64,000 bases of DNA, taken from positions 32,001 through 96,000 of the IMG/VR virus record IMGVR_UViG_3300028805_000081; one strand, written 5' to 3'. Below, one piece after another: positions 10,221-19,877 of this stretch. The notes beneath the pieces were generated by a model. That model did no database searches and was not told where the DNA came from. It saw nothing but the letters and a program-made list of their open reading frames with translations. Each line of letters starts with the position of its first letter. Position 1 is the first letter of the stretch. This DNA is from a virus. Taxonomy: Duplodnaviria; Caudoviricetes. The position numbers and the translations under genes are program-made.

Positions 10221-10615
10221 ATCTCTTGTTCCTTTACTTGTTAAATATTTTTACATTTTTTTGTTCGATTCTTCGCAACTCGCCCACCGAACAGGTGGGT
10301 GGAAATTTGGCTGAGAAAAAATTATAACTTCAAAAGTTATAAAATCAATTTTAAACCACGTATCTACGTTGATTGATGGGTATAGGTCTTAAAGGAGAAA
10401 TTGCAAGATTTAAAGGGTAAAAAATGTGTTTTTAAAGAATATGGTAATAATTGGTAAAAATTAAGGTTTACATAATGTTAAATAAAATACACTGTAAAAA
10501 CACGACTTTCCTTTAAATTTTCCTATTTCTAAGTGCTTTTTAAAAGTGCCTCTAACCCTATAGCTACGTGGATAGAAGCCTATTTTTAAAAAATTGTCCT
10601 TATAAAGTAATCAAA

Positions 10616-10891
10616 TTATAATATCATCAAATAAACTCCATAATCATCTTCAATACGATGCTTTAACTCGGATTTCAGCCTTTTAACATCCGCTGCCGAA
10701 TAAGTTGTTTTCGCACCATTTATAGCGTATTCAAAGTGTTCCCGGTATCTGTTGTAACCGAAGGTGATAAGAATCTTTACAAGATAGTCGTAATAGGTTT
10801 GTATTGACTTCTCAGTTAATTGTTTTTTAGTAGACATAACAATACTCCTTTCGAGTTTCAGTAAAGTATTCGTATAAAGAAGTTTATACAA
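10616..10891 (-). CDS. Hypothetical protein, paralog of 44798..45019
   Basis: Shared KxLTExSIQxYxDYLV...EHFxxAxNGAKxxxSAADxKRLKxEL. Confidence 0.65.
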   Translation of the reverse strand: MYKLLYTNTLLKLERSIVMSTKKQLTEKSIQTYYDYLVKILITFGYNRYREHFEYAINGAKTTYSAADVKRLKSELKHRIEDDYGVYLMIL

Positions 10892-11046
10892 TACAATTAG
10901 GGTTGTATATTTTTATCATAGCATATACATGCAATAATGTCAACATAACTTTAGAAAATTGTTCACTTGATAACCTAAGAAATTTCGGTAACCTAAATTC
11001 GCAGAACAGAGAAAAGAAAAGAAAATCCTTTCTTTTTAAGTCCCCC

Positions 11047-11066
11047 TTTAGGGGGATTTAGGGGGT
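11047..11066 (+). repeat. 20-bp G-rich element; exact inverted copy at 14039..14058
   Basis: TTTAGGGGGATTTAGGGGGT versus ACCCCCTAAATCCCCCTAAA. Confidence 0.9.
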
Positions 11067-11082
11067 ATACAACGTAAAAGCC

Positions 11083-11130
11083 TTGACATTGTTATGCTGA
11101 TGTGGTATCATGTTAGTAAACATAGTTCTA
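11083..11130 (+). promoter_or_regulatory. SigA-type promoter followed by 15-bp motif
   Basis: TTGACA-N17-TATCAT then GTAAACATAGTTCTA. Confidence 0.75.
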
Positions 11131-11165
11131 ACTATACACAAGAACATTGAAAAAAGGAGATATAT

Positions 11166-12263
11166 ATGAACGTTTATTACAGATTAGCCGGTGTATATTA
11201 CATTAAAAACAATATCAACGGCAAGATTTATATCGGTGAGTCAACAGATATTCCGTCAAGATGGAGATCACATATAATTGATTTAAGGAATGGGGAACAT
11301 GATAATACTGCCCTTCAGGATGATTATCTTAAATATGGGTATAATAATTTCAGTTTTGGCATTTTAGAGTATATTATAATTCCCGATGGAATGAAACCAA
11401 ATCAACATATCGTTGATTATATAAAGGTTGAAATGGTTTTATTAATGCGAGAATTTTATTATCAGAATTTATATGATAAAACGCAGACTTACAATGTTGA
11501 GTTTACACTTAGAAAAGTATATCAAACAAATGTTTTCCCTAATATTCCATCAAGCTTTCTAATTTCAGATCTTAATTGTTATGATTATCATAAAGAAATT
11601 GGTAACAATAAAAGCTTGTTTACTACTGAAAATGCTGCAATATTAATATATAATTATTTTATGTCCAAAGATCTTCTTCCGATTAAACCAAATTGCAGTC
11701 GACCTATAGAAACAGAAAATTTAAATTCTAATAAAGTACAATACAAACCTAAAAAAGCAGAAGTGCCTGATACTCTCCCGGATTTCATCAGGTTCATCAA
11801 ACCTTACAATCCATCGGATATGTTGTTTTATAAATTCCAGTTTGACGAAATAAATAAATCCCTAAATGAAAATGACGAATCAAATATACCATATTACTCT
11901 TGTTCAGTCATTTACTATTATCTTGTCGTTAATAAATATTTAGCAGTAGCAGATGGTGCCCCTAAATATATTCCTACAGATAAGTCTTTTAATGAGGATT
12001 TATTTTATTTATCGGCAACTTCAACAGATAAGAATTTTAAATTATATATTACCGGTAAAGGCAAGCAGTTTATGGATAATATTGTTTCTAATATAGAGGA
12101 ATGGATTAAAGAAATCCCGACATTTATTGAATATAATCCGAAGATTAGTAATAACATAATTAAAGCAGATTGTGATTTCTTGGATTATAACGTTATACAA
12201 ATGATACCATACAGTAAACTTAAATTTTTTTCTGAAGTCGAGGAGAAATTAAAATCATCTTAA
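11166..12263 (+). CDS. GIY-YIG endonuclease domain fused to KilAC/ANT-like C-terminal domain
   Basis: GVYYIKN...IYIGES...RWRSH...HDN.ALQ at the N-terminus; YIPTDKS...LYITGKGKQF at the C-terminus. Confidence 0.75.
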   Translation: MNVYYRLAGVYYIKNNINGKIYIGESTDIPSRWRSHIIDLRNGEHDNTALQDDYLKYGYNNFSFGILEYIIIPDGMKPNQHIVDYIKVEMVLLMREFYYQNLYDKTQTYNVEFTLRKVYQTNVFPNIPSSFLISDLNCYDYHKEIGNNKSLFTTENAAILIYNYFMSKDLLPIKPNCSRPIETENLNSNKVQYKPKKAEVPDTLPDFIRFIKPYNPSDMLFYKFQFDEINKSLNENDESNIPYYSCSVIYYYLVVNKYLAVADGAPKYIPTDKSFNEDLFYLSATSTDKNFKLYITGKGKQFMDNIVSNIEEWIKEIPTFIEYNPKISNNIIKADCDFLDYNVIQMIPYSKLKFFSEVEEKLKSS

Positions 12264-12322
12264 TTATCATCTCCTTCTGCATCCTTCATCAAATTTAGGA
12301 CTTATATACTTTTTCATTTTCA

Positions 12323-12571
12323 TCACTTCTTTTCGGGCTTCTTCGGATTCGGGCAGTATTCAGGATCAAACTGCACAAAGCAGTCATCGCATGTGCAGTT
12401 ATCATCATTGTGACTGCACTCTTTACACTTTATGCGTTCCATGCCGAAGTCTGAAGGATCGAGATCCCATCTGTCACAGGCTGCTTCCAGTGCAGCGTTC
12501 GGACAATGGGAAGAACAATTCCCGTTAATAAAGTTTTCACATTTACCGTTAGTAGGTACTTTTCTTTTCAT
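12323..12571 (-). CDS. Cys-rich hypothetical protein
   Basis: ORF with AGGAG RBS. Confidence 0.6.
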   Translation of the reverse strand: MKRKVPTNGKCENFINGNCSSHCPNAALEAACDRWDLDPSDFGMERIKCKECSHNDDNCTCDDCFVQFDPEYCPNPKKPEKK

Positions 12572-12945
12572 TCTATTACTCCTTCACACCATCTTTGATA
12601 AGCTCTGTCACGCTGTTCCGATGCAACTTTCCATTCGTCACTTTCAAAACCGGCTTTTGTAAGTGCGTAGCCGTTAATCGGAGGACTTGCATCACAAACC
12701 AGTTCTGTGTATTCACCATAACTTTCAATTGCCGGGTGTCCCTGAGAAGTATATTCTATAAGTCCATCTGCTATGAGTTCTTTCAGTGCTTTTCTCATAC
12801 GATATTTTGTGACTTCAGATTCCCATTCCAATAACCATGATATTGGGATAACTGCCCGGTCAGGTGCGTAACATGATTCATATATATCAAGTTCAGCCTG
12901 TATGATATGCGTTAATATCCGGTTTTTTACAAATTCTGTTGTCAT
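12568..12945 (-). CDS. Hypothetical protein (possible winged helix)
   Basis: MRKALKELIADGLIEY. Confidence 0.6.
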   Translation of the reverse strand: MTTEFVKNRILTHIIQAELDIYESCYAPDRAVIPISWLLEWESEVTKYRMRKALKELIADGLIEYTSQGHPAIESYGEYTELVCDASPPINGYALTKAGFESDEWKVASEQRDRAYQRWCEGVIE

Positions 12946-12966
12946 TTGATCACTCCGCTTTCTCGT

Positions 12967-13314
12967 TTATTCATGTTTTATCTCACATTCATCCGGGTTA
13001 AGTCCTTCAGCCGTGCAGAGTAATAATTTTTCAGCTTCTAACCATTGTATTTCATCATCACCTGACTTAAACCAGCCTGATTGATATTTCTTGTTGTTTC
13101 TTATAGCATAAGCACCGGCACGCATTGCAAGTTTTAACGGTTCTTTTATTTCTATAAGCTTTCCAGGTGATTTGTCTGACACATTGCAGGCGTATTCCCG
13201 AGTATATTTTTTACTAATATATTCAAGCCCTTCTATGAGTCCTAAAGTGTTGTTTTCCTCAGTCATTTTCATTCTCCTTATCTTCTGCGCTTTCCCACTT
13301 TCTACACACGTCAA
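12967..13314 (-). CDS. Hypothetical protein
   Basis: ORF in operon. Confidence 0.55.
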   Translation of the reverse strand: MTCVESGKAQKIRRMKMTEENNTLGLIEGLEYISKKYTREYACNVSDKSPGKLIEIKEPLKLAMRAGAYAIRNNKKYQSGWFKSGDDEIQWLEAEKLLLCTAEGLNPDECEIKHE

Positions 13315-13450
13315 TGTGGGCGTGAAGTGAATACTTGATGCAATTCTTTGATTTGACTCTCTTTATGCTTTTCAGACAAATAATAGGCAGCACATATCTT
13401 GTGTCAATCTTTCCGTATTTGCAATTAGCACAACACTTTTCTGTTTTCAT
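13259..13450 (-). CDS. Small Cys-rich hypothetical protein
   Basis: CANC motif; AGGAG RBS. Confidence 0.55.
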   Translation of the reverse strand: MKTEKCCANCKYGKIDTRYVLPIICLKSIKRVKSKNCIKYSLHAHIDVCRKWESAEDKENEND

Positions 13451-13648
13451 TTTTCATTCTCCTTCATTATTTCAAATAACTTCTTTTCCTCATTTTCTGT
13501 GTTCCAGTCGCAAGGGATAGAACGCCAATCCTTTTCAATACTACATCTTTTCTTTAAAACACAAAATTCACACTCACGATCATGACAGTAGTTTGATTGT
13601 TTCAAGTGCTGCTAAAACAGCCATAATTCTTTTAACTTCGTATTCCAT
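13447..13648 (-). pseudogene. Doubly frameshifted small Cys-rich gene
   Basis: AAAGGA RBS + ATG; MEYEVK / IMAVLAALETIK / YCHDRECEFC...IPCDW lie in three frames; adding one A in each of two A runs gives one ORF. Confidence 0.5.
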
Positions 13649-13716
13649 TAAGATCATCCTTTCAAATAGATTACATAGTACCATTAGTATTCGAGAACTA
13701 TGATTACATGTATATA

Positions 13717-13935
13717 CAGAAAACTCCCAACCAGTTACAGCCGGGAGCAATCTGCGATTTATCTGCTTTACCTTAAAGAGTAGGGATATAAAGAAGATAT
13801 TCTTTTTAGGAATAAAAGAAACTAAGCTGGGTAACTAATTTCTTTTTGAGGATTTCGTAGAACTGATAAAGAAATACCAAAAGCTTGGCAGCTTTAATAC
13901 CAAGGATCATCAGCTCTGTTTATCTTTAAGGTATG
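13717..13935 (-). ncRNA. Candidate structured non-coding RNA with own promoter and terminator
   Basis: TTGACA-N17-TATAAT at ~13969-13941; ACCTTAAAG/CTTTAAGGT closing stem with internal stems; CTCCC...GGGAG-TTTT terminator. Confidence 0.55.
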
Positions 13936-14038
13936 TTTATATTATAGCAGTTAGTTGTCTGCTTGTCAACATAATTATGAAAATAATTTCAGAGTAGTTG
14001 GAAATGGTAATTAAGATCTGAGAAGTAATACCTGTTTA

Positions 14039-14072
14039 ACCCCCTAAATCCCCCTAAAAAATTAGGGGGACT
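14039..14072 (-). repeat. Inverted copy of the 11047..11066 element, with local hairpin
   Basis: ACCCCCTAAATCCCCCTAAAAAATTAGGGGGACT. Confidence 0.85.
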
Positions 14073-15842
14073 AAGAGATAAGATTTTTTTGTTTGAGTTT
14101 CGTTTTTATTAAGGTCTGTAAAACACATAGGTTTGTAGAGAAGTGTAGAAATATTATTTTTGTGTAAACAGTATCCCTACCGGGTAAAATATATGCCCCT
14201 TATCAGGGATAATACCGGGGATATTATTCATATATGTTCAAAAATATCTTCGTATATATTTCATATATACTCAGAAAATATATTTCACATATACTACGTA
14301 TATGTTCAAGAATCAAGGTGTATTAGTCGGTATAGTACACATATATTACGGTCTGAAATAGGGCGGAATTTAGCAAAACAGTGAATGTGGAATGTTTGTA
14401 GGAGATGTTAGATTGGCGTATTTTGGTGTTGCTAGGGTGGAGAGGGGAGTGAGAAAGGAGATATTTTATGGTAAAACATACAGAAAAAAATGACTATTAG
14501 TCATAAATAATTGACCGTTGGTCAGTAAAATAAATCAGAAAATATTTGTCAGTATAGGTGAGATAAATTACGACCGGCAGGGCGTTACCAGTAGGCGAGT
14601 CAGGCTTTTAGGAGAGTGGCAGTAGGAATCTGACCGACAGGGCAGTGAGAATGGATTTTTGAGCGATGAGATGTGTGGGTAACATATATGATCGTTTTAG
14701 TTTATAAGTATACGTTTTGATGTAAATATAGCCCACCAAAAAGATTTCTAAGTCTAATTACATGTATAATTAGACATAGAGCGAGGCGGCTGCCGGGGTT
14801 GCAAGCTCCGGACTGTAGACGGGTACAATTGGCGGTTATCAGGTCGAAAAAATGCGGTTTTTGGGGTTGCTCCGTCAATGTCAGCACCTGATTTTTGCAA
14901 CCTCACACACATTTCCCGTCAAAATCCCGGCTATTTCCCGCCTTCCGTCCCGGCTGACTCCGCCTAATATGCCTTATATAGTCCCGCCTATAACAGAAAA
15001 TAGCCGATTGCAAGCCGATTTCAGCAGAATTGCAAGTGCATTCATACTAATTGCAACCCGTCAAGCGTGACTATGCAAACCGATAATAACAGAATATCAG
15101 CAGAATATAACTGCTTTTCAGCAGAAAGCCCCGGCTATAATAGCAGAATACACACAATATTTTCTCGTTTCCCGCTGTCGGTGCGCTTGTTCAGGTGGCC
15201 GGCTGTTCTTTCAGGTGGTCAACCCGTCGCTGTCTGTCGTGATCAATAGCAGATTAAGAAGTATAACCGACTATTTCAGCAGAACAAAACACTGATATAT
15301 AAGAAGTAGTCAAGCTGTTTCGGTGCTTTCCCGCTGTCGCTGCTCCTGATTCGGCTTTGCCGGTGTTACTGAAAACAAAACACTAATAAACCGGCTAACA
15401 TTAAGAAGTAAACACACATAAAACAGTAATATCATAACAGTAAACCGGTAACACTAACAGAATAGCAGCTACACACAAAGAGAACTGCATACTATAAGAA
15501 GTACACACACACAAAGAAGCATAACCCTGTTCGAGGCTGCCGCTTGTTCGGCTGTTTGTCGGCTTTCGGCTTTGCCGTTGGCCGGCTCTGTTCCGGTGGT
15601 TGCTCCTGTTGCCGTGTCCATGTGTTACGCCTTCGCCCTGTTGGGTGTTGTCTTCCGGTACGGGTGCATGATGTCCGGGCGTTATGCGTTCGGCTTGCCG
15701 TGTGTCTTGCGCTGTGGTCTATGTGTCGCTGCTTCTCGGTTGCTGTGCTGTGTTGTGTATGTTGTGCCGTGTGTGGTTCTTTAAGATCTTACCGCACAAA
15801 GAATATAACTATATACAGATAGCCGGTATTAATCAGAATGCA

Positions 15843-15921
15843 AGCAAGCTATAATAAGCAATAGCAAGCTATAATAAGCAATAGCAAGCTATAATAAGCA
15901 ATAGCAAGCTATAATAAGCAA
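15843..15921 (+). repeat. Tandem repeat, 20-bp unit, about 4 copies
   Basis: (AGCAAGCTATAATAAGCAAT) x3 plus a 19-nt fourth copy. Confidence 0.95.
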
Positions 15922-16443
15922 GCCGAAAACATAAACCGGATTACTGGAACGAAAACAGAAAATTAATATACCTGGCTAAAGTATCAACCCGGAAAATTCC
16001 CGGCTATAAACGGAAAATATAAAACGGCTGTTTGTGCCGGCTCTCTGTGGCTCTGTGGGCGTTCTGTGTGGCCTCTGAATAGCTTCTATCATTCAGAATA
16101 TACAGATATATTATAAATGCTTTGCTGTTGCTCTGTGCGGTCTGTGGTGACGTTTCTGAGTGAATACAGATAAACTATCTATAAGGATAATAAACCGGTT
16201 TGTATGCCGTTTGTATTGCCGTCTGTGGTGCGTTCTGTGCCGTGTCTGAGATAGATATATATAACTTGTCCCGGTTTTTGCTTGTGGTGTCCTGTCGGGC
16301 GTGCTGGTGCGGTTGCTGTCGGTGCTGGTTTAAGATCTCGCCCGGAAAACAAATATAAAACCATACGGATATAAAAAAATAGAGTATACACAATAATAAT
16401 AACTGTGCATACTCTTTAATATTAATATTAAATTGTATCAGGA

Positions 16444-16641
16444 TTAAAGATATATAACCGGGTTCGGCTGGTATCGTTTGCAAATATCGGTCGGCTTTAC
16501 TCCGTCACTGTAACAACTATTTTTATATCCCTGATATAACAAGCAAGTTTTACAAGTCGGTTTCTGTTCGTGGATCTCTGCCCGGTGTGTGGTCTGTGAT
16601 TCTGTGGTTGTCTGTGGCTTAGTGTTTGTGTTCTCGTTCAT
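16444..16641 (-). CDS. Hypothetical protein
   Basis: AAGGAG RBS; CKTC motif. Confidence 0.55.
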   Translation of the reverse strand: MNENTNTKPQTTTESQTTHRAEIHEQKPTCKTCLLYQGYKNSCYSDGVKPTDICKRYQPNPVIYL

Positions 16642-16655
16642 GGCTTCTTCGCTCC

Positions 16656-16970
16656 TTATTCAATAACAATAAATTGTTCGGGTTTCCAATAACCTATCAT
16701 TGAGTTAGTATTAATATAATAACGTGGTTCTGTCCCGTTTCCTGTGTCAGTTTGCGGTCTATATTCATAGTTTATTTTTATATACCGCTTATTGTCTACC
16801 ATGTCCTTATATAATATATCAGGGTTCAGCTTGTCCGGGTGGGCTTTTAAAAGGTCTTGAAATATCGGTTGTGATATGAATTTATCAGCTATTGCCTTTG
16901 TAAATCTTTTGGTGCTGGCTGGTACTACATAGAAACGATTTTTTAAAAATATTGCATAACCTGTTATCAT
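16656..16970 (-). CDS. Hypothetical protein
   Basis: GAAAGGAG RBS. Confidence 0.65.
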   Translation of the reverse strand: MITGYAIFLKNRFYVVPASTKRFTKAIADKFISQPIFQDLLKAHPDKLNPDILYKDMVDNKRYIKINYEYRPQTDTGNGTEPRYYINTNSMIGYWKPEQFIVIE

Positions 16971-17078
16971 GGTTTTAACTCCTTTCGGTTATGCCCGGAA
17001 CAAATACAAATCATTCCGGGCGTGGTTCGTGGGTTTATGGGTTCATTCTTCCTCGCTTGCTGGCGTTCTTGCGGTATT

Positions 17079-17813
17079 TTATGCGGTTTCTTCTTTGATA
17101 TGGTCGATAATTTCAGCGTGTCCGTTATAATCTATAAATATATCTGCATTTCCCGGTCTGCAATTAATCGGCATGATAATTGCAATTGAATTGCCGTTAA
17201 TGAGTGCCGCCGGGCGTTTGTTCTCCTGAATGTGAATTGTTTTTGCTTCTGTAAATAGCATAGCGTCAATTAAATAATCAAGTCTAACCACAATATTATT
17301 ATTAATATTAACTTTCAACGGTTCAGATTTTAATTTTCTGTTGGTGCTTTTATACTGGGCTTTTAAGATCTTTTCAAGGGCTTTCAGGTTTTCAGGGCTT
17401 TGTAAATAGTCCTCCGTTATCATGTCCGAGATTGAATTTAAAGAACTTTGGAAAGTGTTTAAATATTCGCTTTTAACGTCTGTTTGTGTTTCGTGGTCAG
17501 TATAATTCATAGTGGCGTATAATCTCCAAGGACTCGCAAATATTTGATACTGTTCTATTGTAAACGGCTTCGTCATAAATTTCATTTGTTCGGCTCTGTC
17601 TTGCTCGCCTCTACAATAAAGTTTTTCATAATTATTCAGGCTTTCGTCAAGTACATTTTTAATTGCTTTTATGCGTCCATTGCTGCCGGTTTTCTTCTTG
17701 TCTGCTTCTTCAATAAGTTCTGTTTGAAGGTCATTTATAATTGCCTGAGCTTCAAATAAATCATGATTTTTAATAACAATTGTTAGGCGTTCAATAAGTT
17801 TTTCATTTTTCAT
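17079..17813 (-). CDS. Hypothetical protein; C-terminus resembles beta-clamp domain III
   Basis: LDYLIDAM...RPAALINGNSIAIIMPIN. Confidence 0.55.
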   Translation of the reverse strand: MKNEKLIERLTIVIKNHDLFEAQAIINDLQTELIEEADKKKTGSNGRIKAIKNVLDESLNNYEKLYCRGEQDRAEQMKFMTKPFTIEQYQIFASPWRLYATMNYTDHETQTDVKSEYLNTFQSSLNSISDMITEDYLQSPENLKALEKILKAQYKSTNRKLKSEPLKVNINNNIVVRLDYLIDAMLFTEAKTIHIQENKRPAALINGNSIAIIMPINCRPGNADIFIDYNGHAEIIDHIKEETA

Positions 17814-17908
17814 TTTAATTTCATCCTTTCATACTGTGCCGGGATCGCTCCGAGGCGTGTTTATCGCTTGAGGCTTTCCCGGCTGCTGTGGCTTCCTGAT
17901 TGTTTATA

Positions 17909-18946
17909 TTATAATATCGGGTTTAATTCCTTTGTATCTGCACTGTATAACCAAACTTTATTGCTTAGTGTGTCATCACCTCCGAAAATTCTATTAGTTT
18001 CTGTCACGTTTCTTTTTATGTTTTCGGGTTCAATACTGCCTTTTTTATGTGTCATTGCTTCATGTACACTAGTAAACGCTAAATAAAAATCAGAATTACC
18101 ATAGAGTTTTGAAATCCTTTCAAGCGTTCCCGGAAGGAATGCCGCTATTGCTCCGTTTGTCTTTCGGTCTGTTGTCAAGAGTGCAATTCTGTCCGGGTTC
18201 AGCTCTTTAACTGTATAGCCTTTTTCCATTAATGCGCATTCTTTAAATGGTGCGCCTTCAATGTCAAAAATATTAGTGTATAATCTCGGCTTGTAAATTC
18301 TGTTTGTGTTTTCAAGTGCGTTATTCAAAATTTCTTCGGTGGTCTTGCCCCATGTTTCTGTAATGATTTCCGGGACTTTGATTGTGTTTAAAATGCCGTT
18401 TCCCTGATCGTCAAGAACAATTGCGTATAATGTTAGTGCAATATCACCGATTTTATTATAAATATTTCCGTTTAACTTGCTTGCATTAATGTCATAATTA
18501 AGTGGTCTTAATATTAAACGGTCTTTTATATTTTCGTACTTGTCGAGGCTGTTTGCTGTGTCGTTTGCCTGATCTCTGATAAAAAGTGCATACTTTATAT
18601 TATCTAATACTGTTTTAATAACTGCGCTTTCTCCGGCTTCGTTGTAAAGCTTTTTCAGGCTGTCAACCTTTAAAAATACGCTGTTTTTTGGCTGCTCCGG
18701 TGTGATTGAGTATACAAACATACTTATTAAAAGGCTTTCGCTCTCGGTATCGTTGCAATACTTTTTATTAATCACCTTAAAAAGCTCTTTTTCTGCTTCT
18801 GTCTGTGGCTCTGTGCCTTTGTAATAGCTTGTTAACTCTGCACCTGTATCAAGTATATCAGCGTTATTCATAAGTAAATCAATAATATAATTATATGTGC
18901 TGTCTGCTGTGGCTGCTGTTGGTCTGTGTTCGTTGTGGTTTGTCAT
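17909..18946 (-). CDS. DUF5688-like protein
   Basis: LILRPLNY...IGDIAL..ALENT...NGAIAAF.PG..FTSVHEAM...LSNKV; paralog of 26590..27168. Confidence 0.65.
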   Translation of the reverse strand: MTNHNEHRPTAATADSTYNYIIDLLMNNADILDTGAELTSYYKGTEPQTEAEKELFKVINKKYCNDTESESLLISMFVYSITPEQPKNSVFLKVDSLKKLYNEAGESAVIKTVLDNIKYALFIRDQANDTANSLDKYENIKDRLILRPLNYDINASKLNGNIYNKIGDIALTLYAIVLDDQGNGILNTIKVPEIITETWGKTTEEILNNALENTNRIYKPRLYTNIFDIEGAPFKECALMEKGYTVKELNPDRIALLTTDRKTNGAIAAFLPGTLERISKLYGNSDFYLAFTSVHEAMTHKKGSIEPENIKRNVTETNRIFGGDDTLSNKVWLYSADTKELNPIL

Positions 18947-18987
18947 GGTTAAATACCTCCGTTATAATTGTTTGTGGTTTCTTGGTT

Positions 18988-19428
18988 TTAATCTTCAAAA
19001 TAATTAATTCGTGGCGGTTCTGTGTATGTTGTGTTATCGGTTGCCCTGATCGTCTGCACTTTGTACCGTGTCAAGCTTAAAATGTAGTTTAATTCCCATG
19101 TATACGGCTTTGCAATTGCCTTTAAATTTTCAGGGACTAAATTATAATTATGTCCGTCTGCTATTAAACTTTTACGCCTTTTATTTTCTTCAATTCTCCA
19201 AAGCTTAACCGCCTTTTTTAGCTTCCGAGGGTATGCAGTAAAGGTTGTTATTTTCTCGCCTGTTTCCGTGTCAATTAATAAATAATCTACGGTAAAAGCT
19301 AATCTAAACCGTCTGAAAAAAGGATCTTGTAAATCCGTTTCAATAGCTTTTCGTGTGGCTGGTTTAATGTAAGAAGTATAACTATAATTTTCAAGCGCTT
19401 TTTCTTTGAATTTTTCGAGGTGGTTCAC
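18988..19428 (-). CDS. Hypothetical protein
   Basis: AAGGAGTG RBS. Confidence 0.6.
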   Translation of the reverse strand: MNHLEKFKEKALENYSYTSYIKPATRKAIETDLQDPFFRRFRLAFTVDYLLIDTETGEKITTFTAYPRKLKKAVKLWRIEENKRRKSLIADGHNYNLVPENLKAIAKPYTWELNYILSLTRYKVQTIRATDNTTYTEPPRINYFED

Positions 19429-19580
19429 TGTGTTTTCACTCCTTAACTTTATTTACTGTAACATAATAACCGGTAAATGCTTCTGCGGTTGCTTTGACTT
19501 CTTCGGCTGGTTTGTATAATCTCGCTATTAGTGCGGGGCTTGTTGCGTCCTTGTATATGTCTATTCTATACATAATCAAT

Positions 19581-19862
19581 TCACTCCTTTTCAAGTTTCA
19601 TTAGTTCCCATGTTTCGAGGTCATAATAATTCAATATTTCATCATCCTCAATATAAAACGGTGTATTGTTATCACTGAGAATTATTATATAAGTTTCGCC
19701 CGGCTGGAGGCGGTCTGCGTATATCTCAAATATCTCACCATTAATATTAAAGCTTGTGTCGCTGGCTGCCGTTCCGGTTTCCTGATATATGCCCGGTTCG
19801 ATGTATTGGCATGATGTGCAAGCGGTTGCAATTAAAGCAAGTAAAGCAATTATTTTTTTCAT
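19581..19862 (-). CDS. Putative small lipoprotein
   Basis: MKKIIALLALIATAC signal/lipobox-like N-terminus. Confidence 0.55.
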   Translation of the reverse strand: MKKIIALLALIATACTSCQYIEPGIYQETGTAASDTSFNINGEIFEIYADRLQPGETYIIILSDNNTPFYIEDDEILNYYDLETWELMKLEKE

Positions 19863-19877
19863 GGTCTTTTCATCCTT

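Noticed and set aside
15843-15921. CRISPR array
   Set aside because: Head-to-tail repeats with no spacers; no cas genes in the window
14160-16483. Track ORFs in the skewed tract (e.g. 15544..15822, 16175..16483)
   Set aside because: Low-complexity products of strand skew, without convincing RBSs
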